Both the position numbers and the translations under genes were made by a program. From an uncultured bacterium (GTDB taxonomy: Bacteria > Omnitrophota > Omnitrophia > Omnitrophales > Aquincolibacteriaceae): a stretch of 64,000 nt of DNA. Under the pieces are notes generated by a model, which saw only the letters and a list, made by a program, of their open reading frames with translations, was not told where the DNA came from and did no database searches. Shown here piece by piece: positions 1-8,406 of this stretch (its first letter is position 1; each line of letters opens with the position of its first letter). Where the stretch lies: contig CAYPIR010000001.1 of assembly GCA_964410905.1 (NCBI GenBank), positions 21,861 to 85,860 of the forward strand. The letters are read 5' to 3'.

Positions 1-600
1 ATTATAAAAAGCATCATCTATCATAGAAAAACTTTTTGTTACAAATATTGTTTGCTGTAAAAAAAGAAGATCTCCGCCCAAACAAATGCCTTCCGGAAAT
101 CGAATATTGTTATCAAGAACAAGACTCCTACGATATATTGCCGTCCACCAATAAAGATTAAAATAAAATTTATCATTACCGTGTTTGGCTATAATGCTAT
201 TCAATTGAACTGTTTTGGTTTTTCCATAATAGTCCGTCTCTTTCGCGTTGCCTTTGACTATATCCGCATTTGTTTCTATCTTTTTCTCCCAAAGTTTCTC
301 ATAAAAATCCAAATCGACTTCATCATCGTTGTCCACAAAACCCAGATATTCTCCAGTTGCCAAATCTAATCCTTTGTTTCTAGCGACTGATTCTCCGCCG
401 TTTTTTTCATTACAAACCGCTTTAAGATTAGAATATTTTTTTGAATATTCTTGAATAATCTCCCAAGAATCATCCGTAGAAGCATCGTCCACCACGATTA
501 TTTCTATGTCTTTAAGCGTTTGATTACATACGCTGTCGAGACATCTACGCAAGTATAATTCTGCGTTATAAACTGGAATAATTATAGAAACCTTAGGCAC
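1..600 (-). CDS. glycosyltransferase family 2 protein (partial; N-terminal part in window, gene continues past window start)
   Basis: Minus-strand frame is open from the GTG at 598-600 down to position 1. Translation VPKVSIIIPVYNAELYLRRCLDSVCNQTLKDIEIIVVDDASTDDS...GEYLGFVDNDDEVDLDFYEKL carries GT2 signatures (IIPVYN, VDDxS, DxDD) and is paralogous to the N-terminus of the adjacent 593..2266 ORF. It is absent from the ORF track because no stop falls in the window. Confidence 0.75.
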   Translation of the reverse strand, partial: MPKVSIIIPVYNAELYLRRCLDSVCNQTLKDIEIIVVDDASTDDSWEIIQEYSKKYSNLKAVCNEKNGGESVARNKGLDLATGEYLGFVDNDDEVDLDFYEKLWEKKIETNADIVKGNAKETDYYGKTKTVQLNSIIAKHGNDKFYFNLYWWTAIYRRSLVLDNNIRFPEGICLGGDLLFLQQTIFVTKSFSMIDDAFYN

Positions 601-2266
601 TAGCTACCAACCTCTTCTTGAGAATTGAAAAAAGTTCAATTTTAGTCATCGGCTTAAAACCCTCTTTAAAACCCACAGTGGAACAAGTTCCCGCAAATAA
701 GTTTCCTTTATACTTTTTATCCAAATATTCCTTGGATTGCCAATATGTTCTAGGCAATCTAAGAGTAAATCCTGCATCTGAACAATGGCAACAATCCATA
801 ACAACAATTCGAGATTCAATGCCATGCTTGATGTGGGCGGATATGCAAAAATCTTCAACATAAAGATCCCACTGCAGGCATTCATCGAAACGTAATTTAT
901 ATTTATTTATGAGAGATGAATGAGCAATAAGACATTGACAATCAAATGTATCTACTTTTTCATCGCCTGTAATCACTTTGCCTGCCAGCCTGTTTGTTTC
1001 ACTGCCATCTCTGCATTCTTGAAATATCGTACCTTTCAATTCGTTATAAAAAAAAGTATCTATATATCCAATTTTTGCTCCAACAGGCCCCCACAAAAAT
1101 GTCTTATCAAGGTTTTCTATCTTGGGCAAAACATTTTCGAGAACTTCCCAATCTGAGTGACAGAAGACAAACCACGCGGGCTTAGAATATTCATATTTAT
1201 CTAGAAATTGATTATATCTTTCAGCGACTCCAATGTTTTTAACACTATTATCAAAAGCGTGAAACTCTATCTGTTGTTCATTTGAAATAAATCCATTTTT
1301 GCGCACTAAACGATTATACAAATCAAAATCTTGAACAACGCTAATAAAATAAATACTCTTATTTGCCATCTTACGTCTACCCACTTCGCGACAAAAATTT
1401 ATACACGCCGTCGTTGAAATTTTAAGCATCTCTGCTCGAACAAGATCTTTATAATTCAGCGAGTCATAAAAATCTAAAAGTTGGCTGAGCATAAAACTAG
1501 CCATTTCTTTCCCATGCGTATACATGTAACAAGTAGAAAACCATAAACTTAAAACAAAGGCTTTGGATTTTGTAGATATGGCCGCAGATTCAACCTCATT
1601 AAACAAGATGCGCATACCTTCAATTTTATCGTGGACACTAAAGCTGCTCCGCCTAGCAAGTAAAGCTTCACTCTCAAGCACATAATATTTAGCTTCATCG
1701 CATACTTTAACTGCGTTTGATTTAAGCGCTACCAGAAAAGCAAAAATTGGATCCTCCATATCTCGTAATAGCGGAAAAGTAATATTGGAACTTTTTAATA
1801 AATTTTTTCTATATATTGCACTAGCAAATTCCGCAGAAAAGGTATTTTTATCCACCTTTACTCTGCCATTCAAAAACATATTTTGAACTCCACTTGAAAT
1901 AAAAAAATAGATTCCCTTCACTACATCCGCCGCTGTTTCGACCGCCTTACTATGCAACTTCTCATAAAAATCCAAGTCAATAAAATCGTCTGAATCGACA
2001 AATCCGATATATTCTCCCGCCGCTGCTTCTATCCCAATATTGCGAGCGACTGCGGCGCCTCTATTTTCAGATTGTTCAATTATTTTTATCCTAGAGTCTT
2101 TAGCGGCATATTCTTTCAAAATCGCAAGCGAGCCGTCTGTCGATTTGTCATCTACGCAGATAATCTCAATATCCTTCAACGTCTGGGCGCAAACCGTATC
2201 CAAACATTTCCTGAAATACTGTTCTGGCACGTTATAAACTGGAATAATCACTGAAACTTTAGGCAT
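593..2266 (-). CDS. two-domain glycosyltransferase (N-terminal GT2 domain plus C-terminal GT-like domain)
   Basis: 557-aa ORF. N-terminus MPKVSVIIPVYN...ICVDDKSTDGS...GFVDSDD matches GT-A/GT2 motifs. A second ~300-aa C-terminal domain follows with no intervening stop. The stop TAA (593-595) overlaps the GTG start of the downstream paralog by 8 nt. Confidence 0.8.
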   Translation of the reverse strand: MPKVSVIIPVYNVPEQYFRKCLDTVCAQTLKDIEIICVDDKSTDGSLAILKEYAAKDSRIKIIEQSENRGAAVARNIGIEAAAGEYIGFVDSDDFIDLDFYEKLHSKAVETAADVVKGIYFFISSGVQNMFLNGRVKVDKNTFSAEFASAIYRKNLLKSSNITFPLLRDMEDPIFAFLVALKSNAVKVCDEAKYYVLESEALLARRSSFSVHDKIEGMRILFNEVESAAISTKSKAFVLSLWFSTCYMYTHGKEMASFMLSQLLDFYDSLNYKDLVRAEMLKISTTACINFCREVGRRKMANKSIYFISVVQDFDLYNRLVRKNGFISNEQQIEFHAFDNSVKNIGVAERYNQFLDKYEYSKPAWFVFCHSDWEVLENVLPKIENLDKTFLWGPVGAKIGYIDTFFYNELKGTIFQECRDGSETNRLAGKVITGDEKVDTFDCQCLIAHSSLINKYKLRFDECLQWDLYVEDFCISAHIKHGIESRIVVMDCCHCSDAGFTLRLPRTYWQSKEYLDKKYKGNLFAGTCSTVGFKEGFKPMTKIELFSILKKRLVASA

Positions 2267-2267
2267 T

Positions 2268-2283
2268 CCCCCCCCTTTTTTTT
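2268..2283. repeat. homopolymeric C8-T8 tract (A8-G8 on the coding strand) ending 1 nt upstream of the ATG of the 593..2266 glycosyltransferase
   Basis: Direct read: positions 2268-2275 are C8 and 2276-2283 are T8. On the minus strand this reads ...caaaaaaaaGGGGGGGGaATG, so the G8 occupies the ribosome-binding-site position. Confidence 0.9.
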
Positions 2284-2337
2284 GAATTTTCTTCTAACAT
2301 TATGAGTAAACCAATCTTTGAAACTATAGCGCCCCGC

Positions 2338-3531
2338 TTAATCACCAATTAATCCAAGTGAAAATAACGGTTTTTTCTCTGTTGTATTAAAAGCATAAGA
2401 GTCAGCCAATATTATTTTTCTTCCTGTTTTCACGCCTTTAAACTGACTTCGCCCCTTACCCTTTCCTCCGATTTCAAAAACTGTATCCATATCCGTCAAA
2501 ATGTAATCTGGGGTCTTTTTCCCAGTGGTCGATTTTAAATAATTGATTTTTTTGCCGAAAATTTTGCAACATTGCGCAAAAAAATCCTCTCTCAAGCCGC
2601 CCAAAGCCAAGTCAAAACCATTAAACAATAACCGATACGGCAAACTCAACAAAACTTTAGGCTCTTTTAAAACGTTTGTTCCCGTAGGGAATATCACCTG
2701 AATGACAAACGACTGCTCCAAAAGCAATACATATTGTTCAGCCTTATACTTTGTAATTCCTAAATTTTTCGATATGCTCGAATAATTAATTCCGTCCACA
2801 GCCGATAAGGCAGCAAATTTAACTAGTTTGCTTATCGTATTTAACTCTTCCATAGTTATATTTCTGTTAACTCGCGGAATATCTTTGTAAAGAATGGCGT
2901 TCAAAATGTTATCAAGCAGCGGAATAATGTCCGGTTCGTCTAACGCAAAAGGCATTAATCCGCCTTTTATGTAATCGTAAAAATATTCTCCATACCGCAG
3001 TAACGAAACAGGTAATTTTTTACCCATAAAATCTTCTAAACTGAGCGGCTCAATTACTGCGTCTGTTTTAAATTCAATATATTCACGCAAAGAAAACGGA
3101 TACAGCGGCTTTAATATTAGGCGGCGCGACATATCGTTTTTATATTTCCCCATAGACAGCGCCGTAGAACTTGTAAAGAACACTTTTAAATCTAACAATT
3201 CATAAACACTTTGTATCTCTTTATCAAAATTCGCATACGCATGAACTTCGTCCAGCAAGAAAACTCTTATACCCAGTTTCTCTTTCAAATCCTTTAAGGT
3301 CTCAAACATTTTTCCTTCAAAGGATTCCATCGATATGTAAAAAGAATTTTCAAGCTTTAAAGCAAGTTGTTTTAAAGTTGTAGTTTTTCCCACGCCGCGT
3401 GGTCCAACTATGCCAACAAAGTGCTTACCTTTATCAGACAACAATTCCGCAAAAAGCCTTCTGCTTCTTTTGAATTGCTTAGCACTTTCTTTTGACAGCC
3501 TATCCAATTCTACGAGTTTGCTAATTTCCAT
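2338..3531 (-). CDS. AAA+ ATPase, DUF4143-type (AAA_14 + DUF4143 architecture)
   Basis: Walker A GIVGPRGVGKTT and Walker B VFLLDEVH. The overall layout matches the widespread COG1373-like predicted ATPases of unknown function. Confidence 0.75.
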   Translation of the reverse strand: MEISKLVELDRLSKESAKQFKRSRRLFAELLSDKGKHFVGIVGPRGVGKTTTLKQLALKLENSFYISMESFEGKMFETLKDLKEKLGIRVFLLDEVHAYANFDKEIQSVYELLDLKVFFTSSTALSMGKYKNDMSRRLILKPLYPFSLREYIEFKTDAVIEPLSLEDFMGKKLPVSLLRYGEYFYDYIKGGLMPFALDEPDIIPLLDNILNAILYKDIPRVNRNITMEELNTISKLVKFAALSAVDGINYSSISKNLGITKYKAEQYVLLLEQSFVIQVIFPTGTNVLKEPKVLLSLPYRLLFNGFDLALGGLREDFFAQCCKIFGKKINYLKSTTGKKTPDYILTDMDTVFEIGGKGKGRSQFKGVKTGRKIILADSYAFNTTEKKPLFSLGLIGD

Positions 3532-3544
3532 ATTTCAGCCCTCC

Positions 3545-3619
3545 AATAATGTTATTTTGTCCAATCATTAAACAAAATATATACTATATTGTCAAGTAAT
3601 TAAACAAAATAACATTATT
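3545..3619. promoter_or_regulatory. 16-bp perfect inverted repeat (AATAATGTTATTTTGT ... ACAAAATAACATTATT) enclosing two 13-nt direct repeats ATTAAACAAAATA
   Basis: Arms lie at 3545-3560 and 3604-3619. Direct repeats lie at 3567-3579 and 3599-3611. The element sits between the stop of the PqqD-like gene and the start of the ATPase gene on the minus strand. It is a candidate terminator, operator or both. Confidence 0.4.
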
Positions 3620-3636
3620 CTGGCACATAAACTCAT

Positions 3637-4131
3637 CTATTGAGCCCCGTCCTTTCCCATTTCTTCTTCTTTTGCTTTTTTTGCCTTAAGCTTTTCGGCG
3701 TCCGTTTCGAGCGCGCTTTTTTCTGGCGTCCAGCCCGTGTCATCTTTAACTTCATGGATTGGGTCGGCAAGCAGCAATTCTTGCGCGTCGTTATATTCTG
3801 TAACAAACAATGCGAAATTTTCCGCTGTCGCAATTTTGCTATTAATTGCAGCCCCGCCCTTTCCATCTCCGCCGGCAACGATAAGCCCTTTTTCAACCAA
3901 CGCGTCAACAAATAATTTAAAATTTTCATCAATATTAGCAGGGACTCCCGCTATAGACTTTAGAGATGCCAAAACCGCTTCGCTAGATGCTCCTCCGATA
4001 ATGCGCGCAAATACTTCCGTTCCAAGCGGATTCATTCCGTAATAAATGCCCGTTTCTGAATTAATGACGATTGCGATTCCATCCGCAATGTCGGAAAACA
4101 TTTTCGATTCGTTTAAAACATAATTTGCCAT
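3637..4131 (-). CDS. PqqD-family (RRE-like) peptide-chaperone-like protein with long C-terminal low-complexity tail
   Basis: The N-terminal ~90 aa (…FSDIADGIAIVINSETGIYYGMNPLGTEVFARI…) resembles the PqqD/RiPP-recognition-element fold. The C-terminal ~70 aa are acidic and Lys-rich (…AEKLKAKKAKEEEMGKDGAQ). The ATG lies 1 nt from the upstream kinase stop, so the two are translationally coupled. Confidence 0.65.
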   Translation of the reverse strand: MANYVLNESKMFSDIADGIAIVINSETGIYYGMNPLGTEVFARIIGGASSEAVLASLKSIAGVPANIDENFKLFVDALVEKGLIVAGGDGKGGAAINSKIATAENFALFVTEYNDAQELLLADPIHEVKDDTGWTPEKSALETDAEKLKAKKAKEEEMGKDGAQ

Positions 4132-4132
4132 T

Positions 4133-5221
4133 TTATTTTTTCTCCTTGTTTAGTTTGTTGCAAAACTCTCGCAAGCATTCGACATTGGCATAAATATCGG
4201 GTGAGAGATTTATTTGATAAAAGTTGAAGTCCCTAACAAAATTCATTAATTTGCGAACTGTTGCAATATCAAGCTTGTCGCCCATCTGATTGATAGTTGA
4301 ATGAATAAGCTGCGTAATCGCTCTGCCTTTTTCGCACGACGCAATTGAGGGAGCTTTGTCAGATACAATTTCAGGGAAAATGCACGCTTTGATCGCGTAG
4401 TTTTCTCTGAACTGTTTGTGATAATTAGAAATGCTAAATACGTATTTATCACGCCTCGCGTTGTTGGAAACAAACTTGCCGTCAAACTCATAATAAAGTT
4501 CGTTCCACATTCGCGGGCTCAAAGTAACAATGGAATATATTGGCGAACTGAGCAATTTGCCATTCGTTTGTTTTTCTAAGATAAGATAATCATCTGAAAC
4601 ATATTCAAAGCCTTGCATCATAGACAATACCGCCAAAGTAGATTTGCCGCGTTGTCCGCGCGCGCATACCAAAACTCCGCTGCCGTTTAATCCTACCACC
4701 GCCGCATGAACAAGGTTTGCCGTCGGCGATTTGATGACCTTGTTGAAAAGCTGCACAAAAATATGCCCTTGTTTTATGAACTCTTCCGGGTCAAGATTTT
4801 CAGCGGCATAATAGTATGTATTGTTTTTTGCATCGTAAGCATTAACAAAACCTGTCGTTGGAAAAACAGAAATGTTAGAGCCGTCATCGCCTTTAATGTC
4901 GACATCAATCCAATCTTGATGTAAGACTAACTTTTCAATTCTCGCGCGCATTTTGCCGTGCGAATCAAGCAAGGATTCTGACAACTGTTTTATTTTTGTT
5001 TCTTTCCAAATAACAAGCGTCGCGTCATAGCAATCCGAGTTTGATTTCAATGTAAAGGCGAGTTGTTTTTCAACAAGAGGCGTCCACTCTTTATGAAAAC
5101 ATTCAATTCGCAATGTCTTAGAACCTAATCGCACAAACCGTATCCATTCGCGCGTGTTTGTTTGGCGAATATTGCTATCAAGTTTTTGGACATATGCCGG
5201 CGCATCGCCTTTTATGAACAT
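4133..5221 (-). CDS. HPr kinase/phosphorylase-related serine-kinase-like protein (HprK-related kinase)
   Basis: The P-loop GLNGSGVLVCARGQRGKST is followed by YVSDDYLIL, matching the C-terminal catalytic domain pattern of HprK (GxSGxGKSE ... DD). Its start overlaps the stop of the upstream nucleotidyltransferase gene by 10 nt. Confidence 0.65.
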   Translation of the reverse strand: MFIKGDAPAYVQKLDSNIRQTNTREWIRFVRLGSKTLRIECFHKEWTPLVEKQLAFTLKSNSDCYDATLVIWKETKIKQLSESLLDSHGKMRARIEKLVLHQDWIDVDIKGDDGSNISVFPTTGFVNAYDAKNNTYYYAAENLDPEEFIKQGHIFVQLFNKVIKSPTANLVHAAVVGLNGSGVLVCARGQRGKSTLAVLSMMQGFEYVSDDYLILEKQTNGKLLSSPIYSIVTLSPRMWNELYYEFDGKFVSNNARRDKYVFSISNYHKQFRENYAIKACIFPEIVSDKAPSIASCEKGRAITQLIHSTINQMGDKLDIATVRKLMNFVRDFNFYQINLSPDIYANVECLREFCNKLNKEKK

Positions 5222-6216
5222 TTTCGCTGCTCCCGCATTGAATTAAATCCCTCAGCCATTTTTAAAAACAGCGCTATTAACTGATCGCTTTTGCCAATTG
5301 TTTTAAGAAATCTGTGATAAGGCTTATCTTTTAACCAATTTTTCATTACTTCAAAATTTTTAATCGCATTTTTCAGCTTTAATTTTTTGCAGCGCCATTT
5401 CACATCATAGACATAAAATCTGTAAAAAACCAAACGGTTCCTATAATTTGCTGCGGATTTTTTTAGCTTTTTATTGTGGAGAAATAAATCGGGCAAGAGA
5501 TTGGGCGATATGCGATTTAAAAGTTTTGCGGCAAAAAACAATGTCGCTTCGCAAGATGCCTTTTGGGCATTTTGAAAAACTCTTTTCCAATCAAAATTAG
5601 GATTAGTTTCGAGCAAATATTTAATGTCAAAAAGAGCAAACAAAACTCCGCCTAGGGTTGTTTTGTAATGCAAATTTCGGCTTATGTTGGTCAGCGCGAC
5701 AAATACAAAATCCTCAGGGGTAGGCACAAACGCTCTCGCGCCGAAAACATCTTGCAAAGTTGCCCGCGAAAAAAAGTCTCTCATTAAACTTTTGTCATAA
5801 TCAGGGACATCAAAATCAATAAAACGATGTATATCAACCGTTCCTTCGTCCGTTCCTTTTGGATGTAAGTCCGCCGAGTAGGCATTAAATTCCGCGACCG
5901 TATAGCCGAGATTTTTTGCTATCTCAAGCGACTTTCTATAATCTTCTTCGCGTACCAAAATATCTATGTCGCCCATTGCTCTGGGTAATTCCGGTCTTAT
6001 ATATTTCATCGCGCCGCCTTTTAAAATCATTGGAATAATTCCGTTTTGGTTAAGGGCGCGGACGACTTTGCCAAAATGCGCGATAAGTTTGAGGTTGGCA
6101 AAACGATGAAATTCCAGAACTCCTTTTAAACGCGGATAAATTAGGTCGGGCACGTCAAAATTAGGACGGGATTTTATTGTATACGAGAGAAGTAAAATTT
6201 TTCTGCCATCCGCCAA
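5212..6216 (-). CDS. nucleotidyltransferase family protein (uncharacterised NTase, PF14907-like); true start probably upstream at ATG 6428-6430 in a repeat-dependent frame
   Basis: Minimal-nucleotidyltransferase motif GDIDILV is preceded by LKGGAM. The track start is a TTG with no Shine-Dalgarno sequence. The same reading frame stays open for a further 56 codons upstream, running through the (CAAG)n tract to 6431 (protein-like sequence DTNRLSFLKEDKVFWAEEAFYQEIV...). Confidence 0.7.
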   Translation of the reverse strand: MADGRKILLLSYTIKSRPNFDVPDLIYPRLKGVLEFHRFANLKLIAHFGKVVRALNQNGIIPMILKGGAMKYIRPELPRAMGDIDILVREEDYRKSLEIAKNLGYTVAEFNAYSADLHPKGTDEGTVDIHRFIDFDVPDYDKSLMRDFFSRATLQDVFGARAFVPTPEDFVFVALTNISRNLHYKTTLGGVLFALFDIKYLLETNPNFDWKRVFQNAQKASCEATLFFAAKLLNRISPNLLPDLFLHNKKLKKSAANYRNRLVFYRFYVYDVKWRCKKLKLKNAIKNFEVMKNWLKDKPYHRFLKTIGKSDQLIALFLKMAEGFNSMREQRKCS

Positions 6217-6376
6217 TTCGATATCAAAATCGATGAGAAAATCATCTAGTGTTTTTTGCGTGGATTCTTCGCGGAAAGCAAGATCGATAAGTTTTTGGTC
6301 TTTTTGCGAAACAATTTCTTGATAAAACGCTTCTTCCGCCCAAAAGACTTTGTCTTCTTTTAAAAAACTTAATCGA

Positions 6377-6430
<54 letters not shown>

Positions 6431-6491
6431 TCTTAAACTCGCGGTTTTGCATTTTTTAAAAATTAGAAAAATAATTTTCTGTCCATTTTTT

Positions 6492-7520
6492 CTATTTCGT
6501 TAAGAGTTCGTTAACTTTATTCATTACCGCGAACGCGTCGGCGACATAAAGCACATCGGCTTTACCTTGCGCCCAGCCGCAATTGGCGTCTGTATTAACG
6601 GCGCGACGTTCGTTAATGAAACGCCAACCGACAACATGCGGTTCCTCACCGTGACAACAAGTCGCAAGCCCTTTTGGATGTCTGGGCGTAGACCCCGTTT
6701 GCCCGACTTGATTCATGTGCCCAATAAAAGAAAGAACCGCCTCGCCTTCAGCTCCAAGGTCGACAAGCGATTTACTGCTTCCAAGAGACGCTTTTGTATT
6801 TTTGAGAAAATCTAAAATATGTTTTTCGGCATCTTTCGAATGCGTCTGGCCATCGGCTTGTTTTTTTGTCCATCCCGCACCCGCAACAAATAAAAGTTCC
6901 GCGTCAGGACGAATTGTCTGCGCGTCTGCTGGCGGAGCCTGAACACCAACCGATTTGGTTCGTTTGTCTGCGTCTGTTAAAGCAACTGTTACTGCCTCAA
7001 CCGCCGCGGAACCAGCCGTGCCATTAAATGCTTGAAACACTCCCGAATCAACCGCCAAAATCCAAGGACGCGCCGCGCGAGAAAGTGTCGCAACCATTCG
7101 CTGACGGTAATACCAACGTTGGATATTGAGTTTTCCGTCCTGAATAGAAATTCCGCTTATATGCGTATCAATTGCTCCGTTTAATCGAAACGAAAGTCCC
7201 GGCAACGCACGCGCAAAACGGCTTGTTGAAGGCGCGATTATGATTGCCGCGCCTGATGTCTTTGCTATTGCTTCAAGAGCCTTAACATCTGAGGCATAGC
7301 GTGAATCCGCGAAATCGGCGCCCGAAACGCCATAAATCTTAGTGGCTCCCGCTCCGGCAATTTGGTCGGCCGCAGATTTAACGTCAGCGCCAATCAAGCC
7401 TATAGAAAGTTCCGCGTTTAAATCTTTTGTAATTTGCCGCGCTCCCGATAAAACCTCAAGCGCGATTTTGGGAAGGCTTCCATTTGAATCCGTATGTGCT
7501 AAATAAAGAATTTTTTCCAT
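6492..7520 (-). CDS. etfA: electron transfer flavoprotein subunit alpha
   Basis: 342 aa. C-terminal FAD-binding region carries VGQTG ... AVNTDAN ... ADxxxV motifs typical of EtfA. It lies adjacent to etfB. Confidence 0.85.
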   Translation of the reverse strand: MEKILYLAHTDSNGSLPKIALEVLSGARQITKDLNAELSIGLIGADVKSAADQIAGAGATKIYGVSGADFADSRYASDVKALEAIAKTSGAAIIIAPSTSRFARALPGLSFRLNGAIDTHISGISIQDGKLNIQRWYYRQRMVATLSRAARPWILAVDSGVFQAFNGTAGSAAVEAVTVALTDADKRTKSVGVQAPPADAQTIRPDAELLFVAGAGWTKKQADGQTHSKDAEKHILDFLKNTKASLGSSKSLVDLGAEGEAVLSFIGHMNQVGQTGSTPRHPKGLATCCHGEEPHVVGWRFINERRAVNTDANCGWAQGKADVLYVADAFAVMNKVNELLTK

Positions 7521-7532
7521 TTTCTCTCTCCC

Positions 7533-8342
7533 TTAACCTTTAATCCATGTAACGATTTCTTTAGCGATTTCGTCAACGGACGTGTCTTTTACAATTCGAG
7601 TTTGGCGCTGCTGCTTTGGAAGCTCGACAGACGCAAATTGTATTTTGTCCGTCTTAAGTCCGGCGGGCGCGGCCTTCTGCAGCGCGGGCATAATTCCGCG
7701 CATATTCGCCATTCCCACTTGAGGGTTATTCGGCGGCTCAGGTAAATTTCCCGTCGCCCAGCCAATCGCCGCGGGCGCGCCGACGCAAGAGGAAACCTGA
7801 TATTTTCCACCCTCGATTCGTTCAAGAATTTTAAAAGAACCGTCTGCTTGAACTGTAAGTTCATCAACAGACAAAAACACATCGGTAATTCCAAGATGCT
7901 CCGCGATAAGTTGAATTGTTGTTCCTGAATCGCGGGAAGCCGAAGAACAGCCGCCGAACACAAGTGTTTTTGTTTTATCAAATCCCGGCAGTTTAGAAAT
8001 AGTGCCGGCAAGCGCAGCCGCGACTTCGGAGGAGTCCGTAAATCCGCTGGCAGAACCGTCAATCGCCACAAGTTCAAACGGAACTTTTTGCGCGATAGTC
8101 ATCATCAACTGCTGAAGTTTTGCTTTAGGTCCAAGGCTCAAAAGAGTAACCTTGCTACCCGGAAATAGCTTCGCTAAGTTTGCCGCTTCAAAAAGCGAAT
8201 GCCCCGCCCAAGGGTCAAGAACCGAAGGCAGCATCATTTCATTTCTAAGCGCATGACCTGTCGACCCTTGAATTGGCTCAAGTGTTTGAAGTGGATCCGG
8301 AACCAAACTTCCGCAAACTATAATATTAAAAACATTACTCAT
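7533..8342 (-). CDS. etfB: electron transfer flavoprotein subunit beta
   Basis: 269 aa. N-terminus MSNVFNIIVCGSLVPDP matches EtfB-family N-termini. Operon position supports the call. Confidence 0.85.
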   Translation of the reverse strand: MSNVFNIIVCGSLVPDPLQTLEPIQGSTGHALRNEMMLPSVLDPWAGHSLFEAANLAKLFPGSKVTLLSLGPKAKLQQLMMTIAQKVPFELVAIDGSASGFTDSSEVAAALAGTISKLPGFDKTKTLVFGGCSSASRDSGTTIQLIAEHLGITDVFLSVDELTVQADGSFKILERIEGGKYQVSSCVGAPAAIGWATGNLPEPPNNPQVGMANMRGIMPALQKAAPAGLKTDKIQFASVELPKQQRQTRIVKDTSVDEIAKEIVTWIKG

Positions 8343-8406
8343 ACTTCCTCCCTTTTTATTGATTACTTTTCATTTGCCTTTAGCTAGTAGTTATAACGCC
8401 GCTATG

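Noticed and set aside
593-2266. Splitting the 557-aa glycosyltransferase into two genes
   Set aside because: The frame is continuous with no internal stop or plausible internal RBS/start, so a two-domain protein is more parsimonious.
3633-4042. ORFs 3633..3932(-), 3640..3915(+) and 3737..4042(+) overlapping the PqqD-like gene
   Set aside because: They are shadow frames of a gene with a clear family signature, and their sequences are low-complexity and Lys/Arg-rich.
7589-8077. 162-aa ORF on the minus strand overlapping etfB in another frame
   Set aside because: It lies entirely inside a well-supported etfB gene, and its Arg/Leu-rich composition is typical of out-of-frame GC-rich translation.
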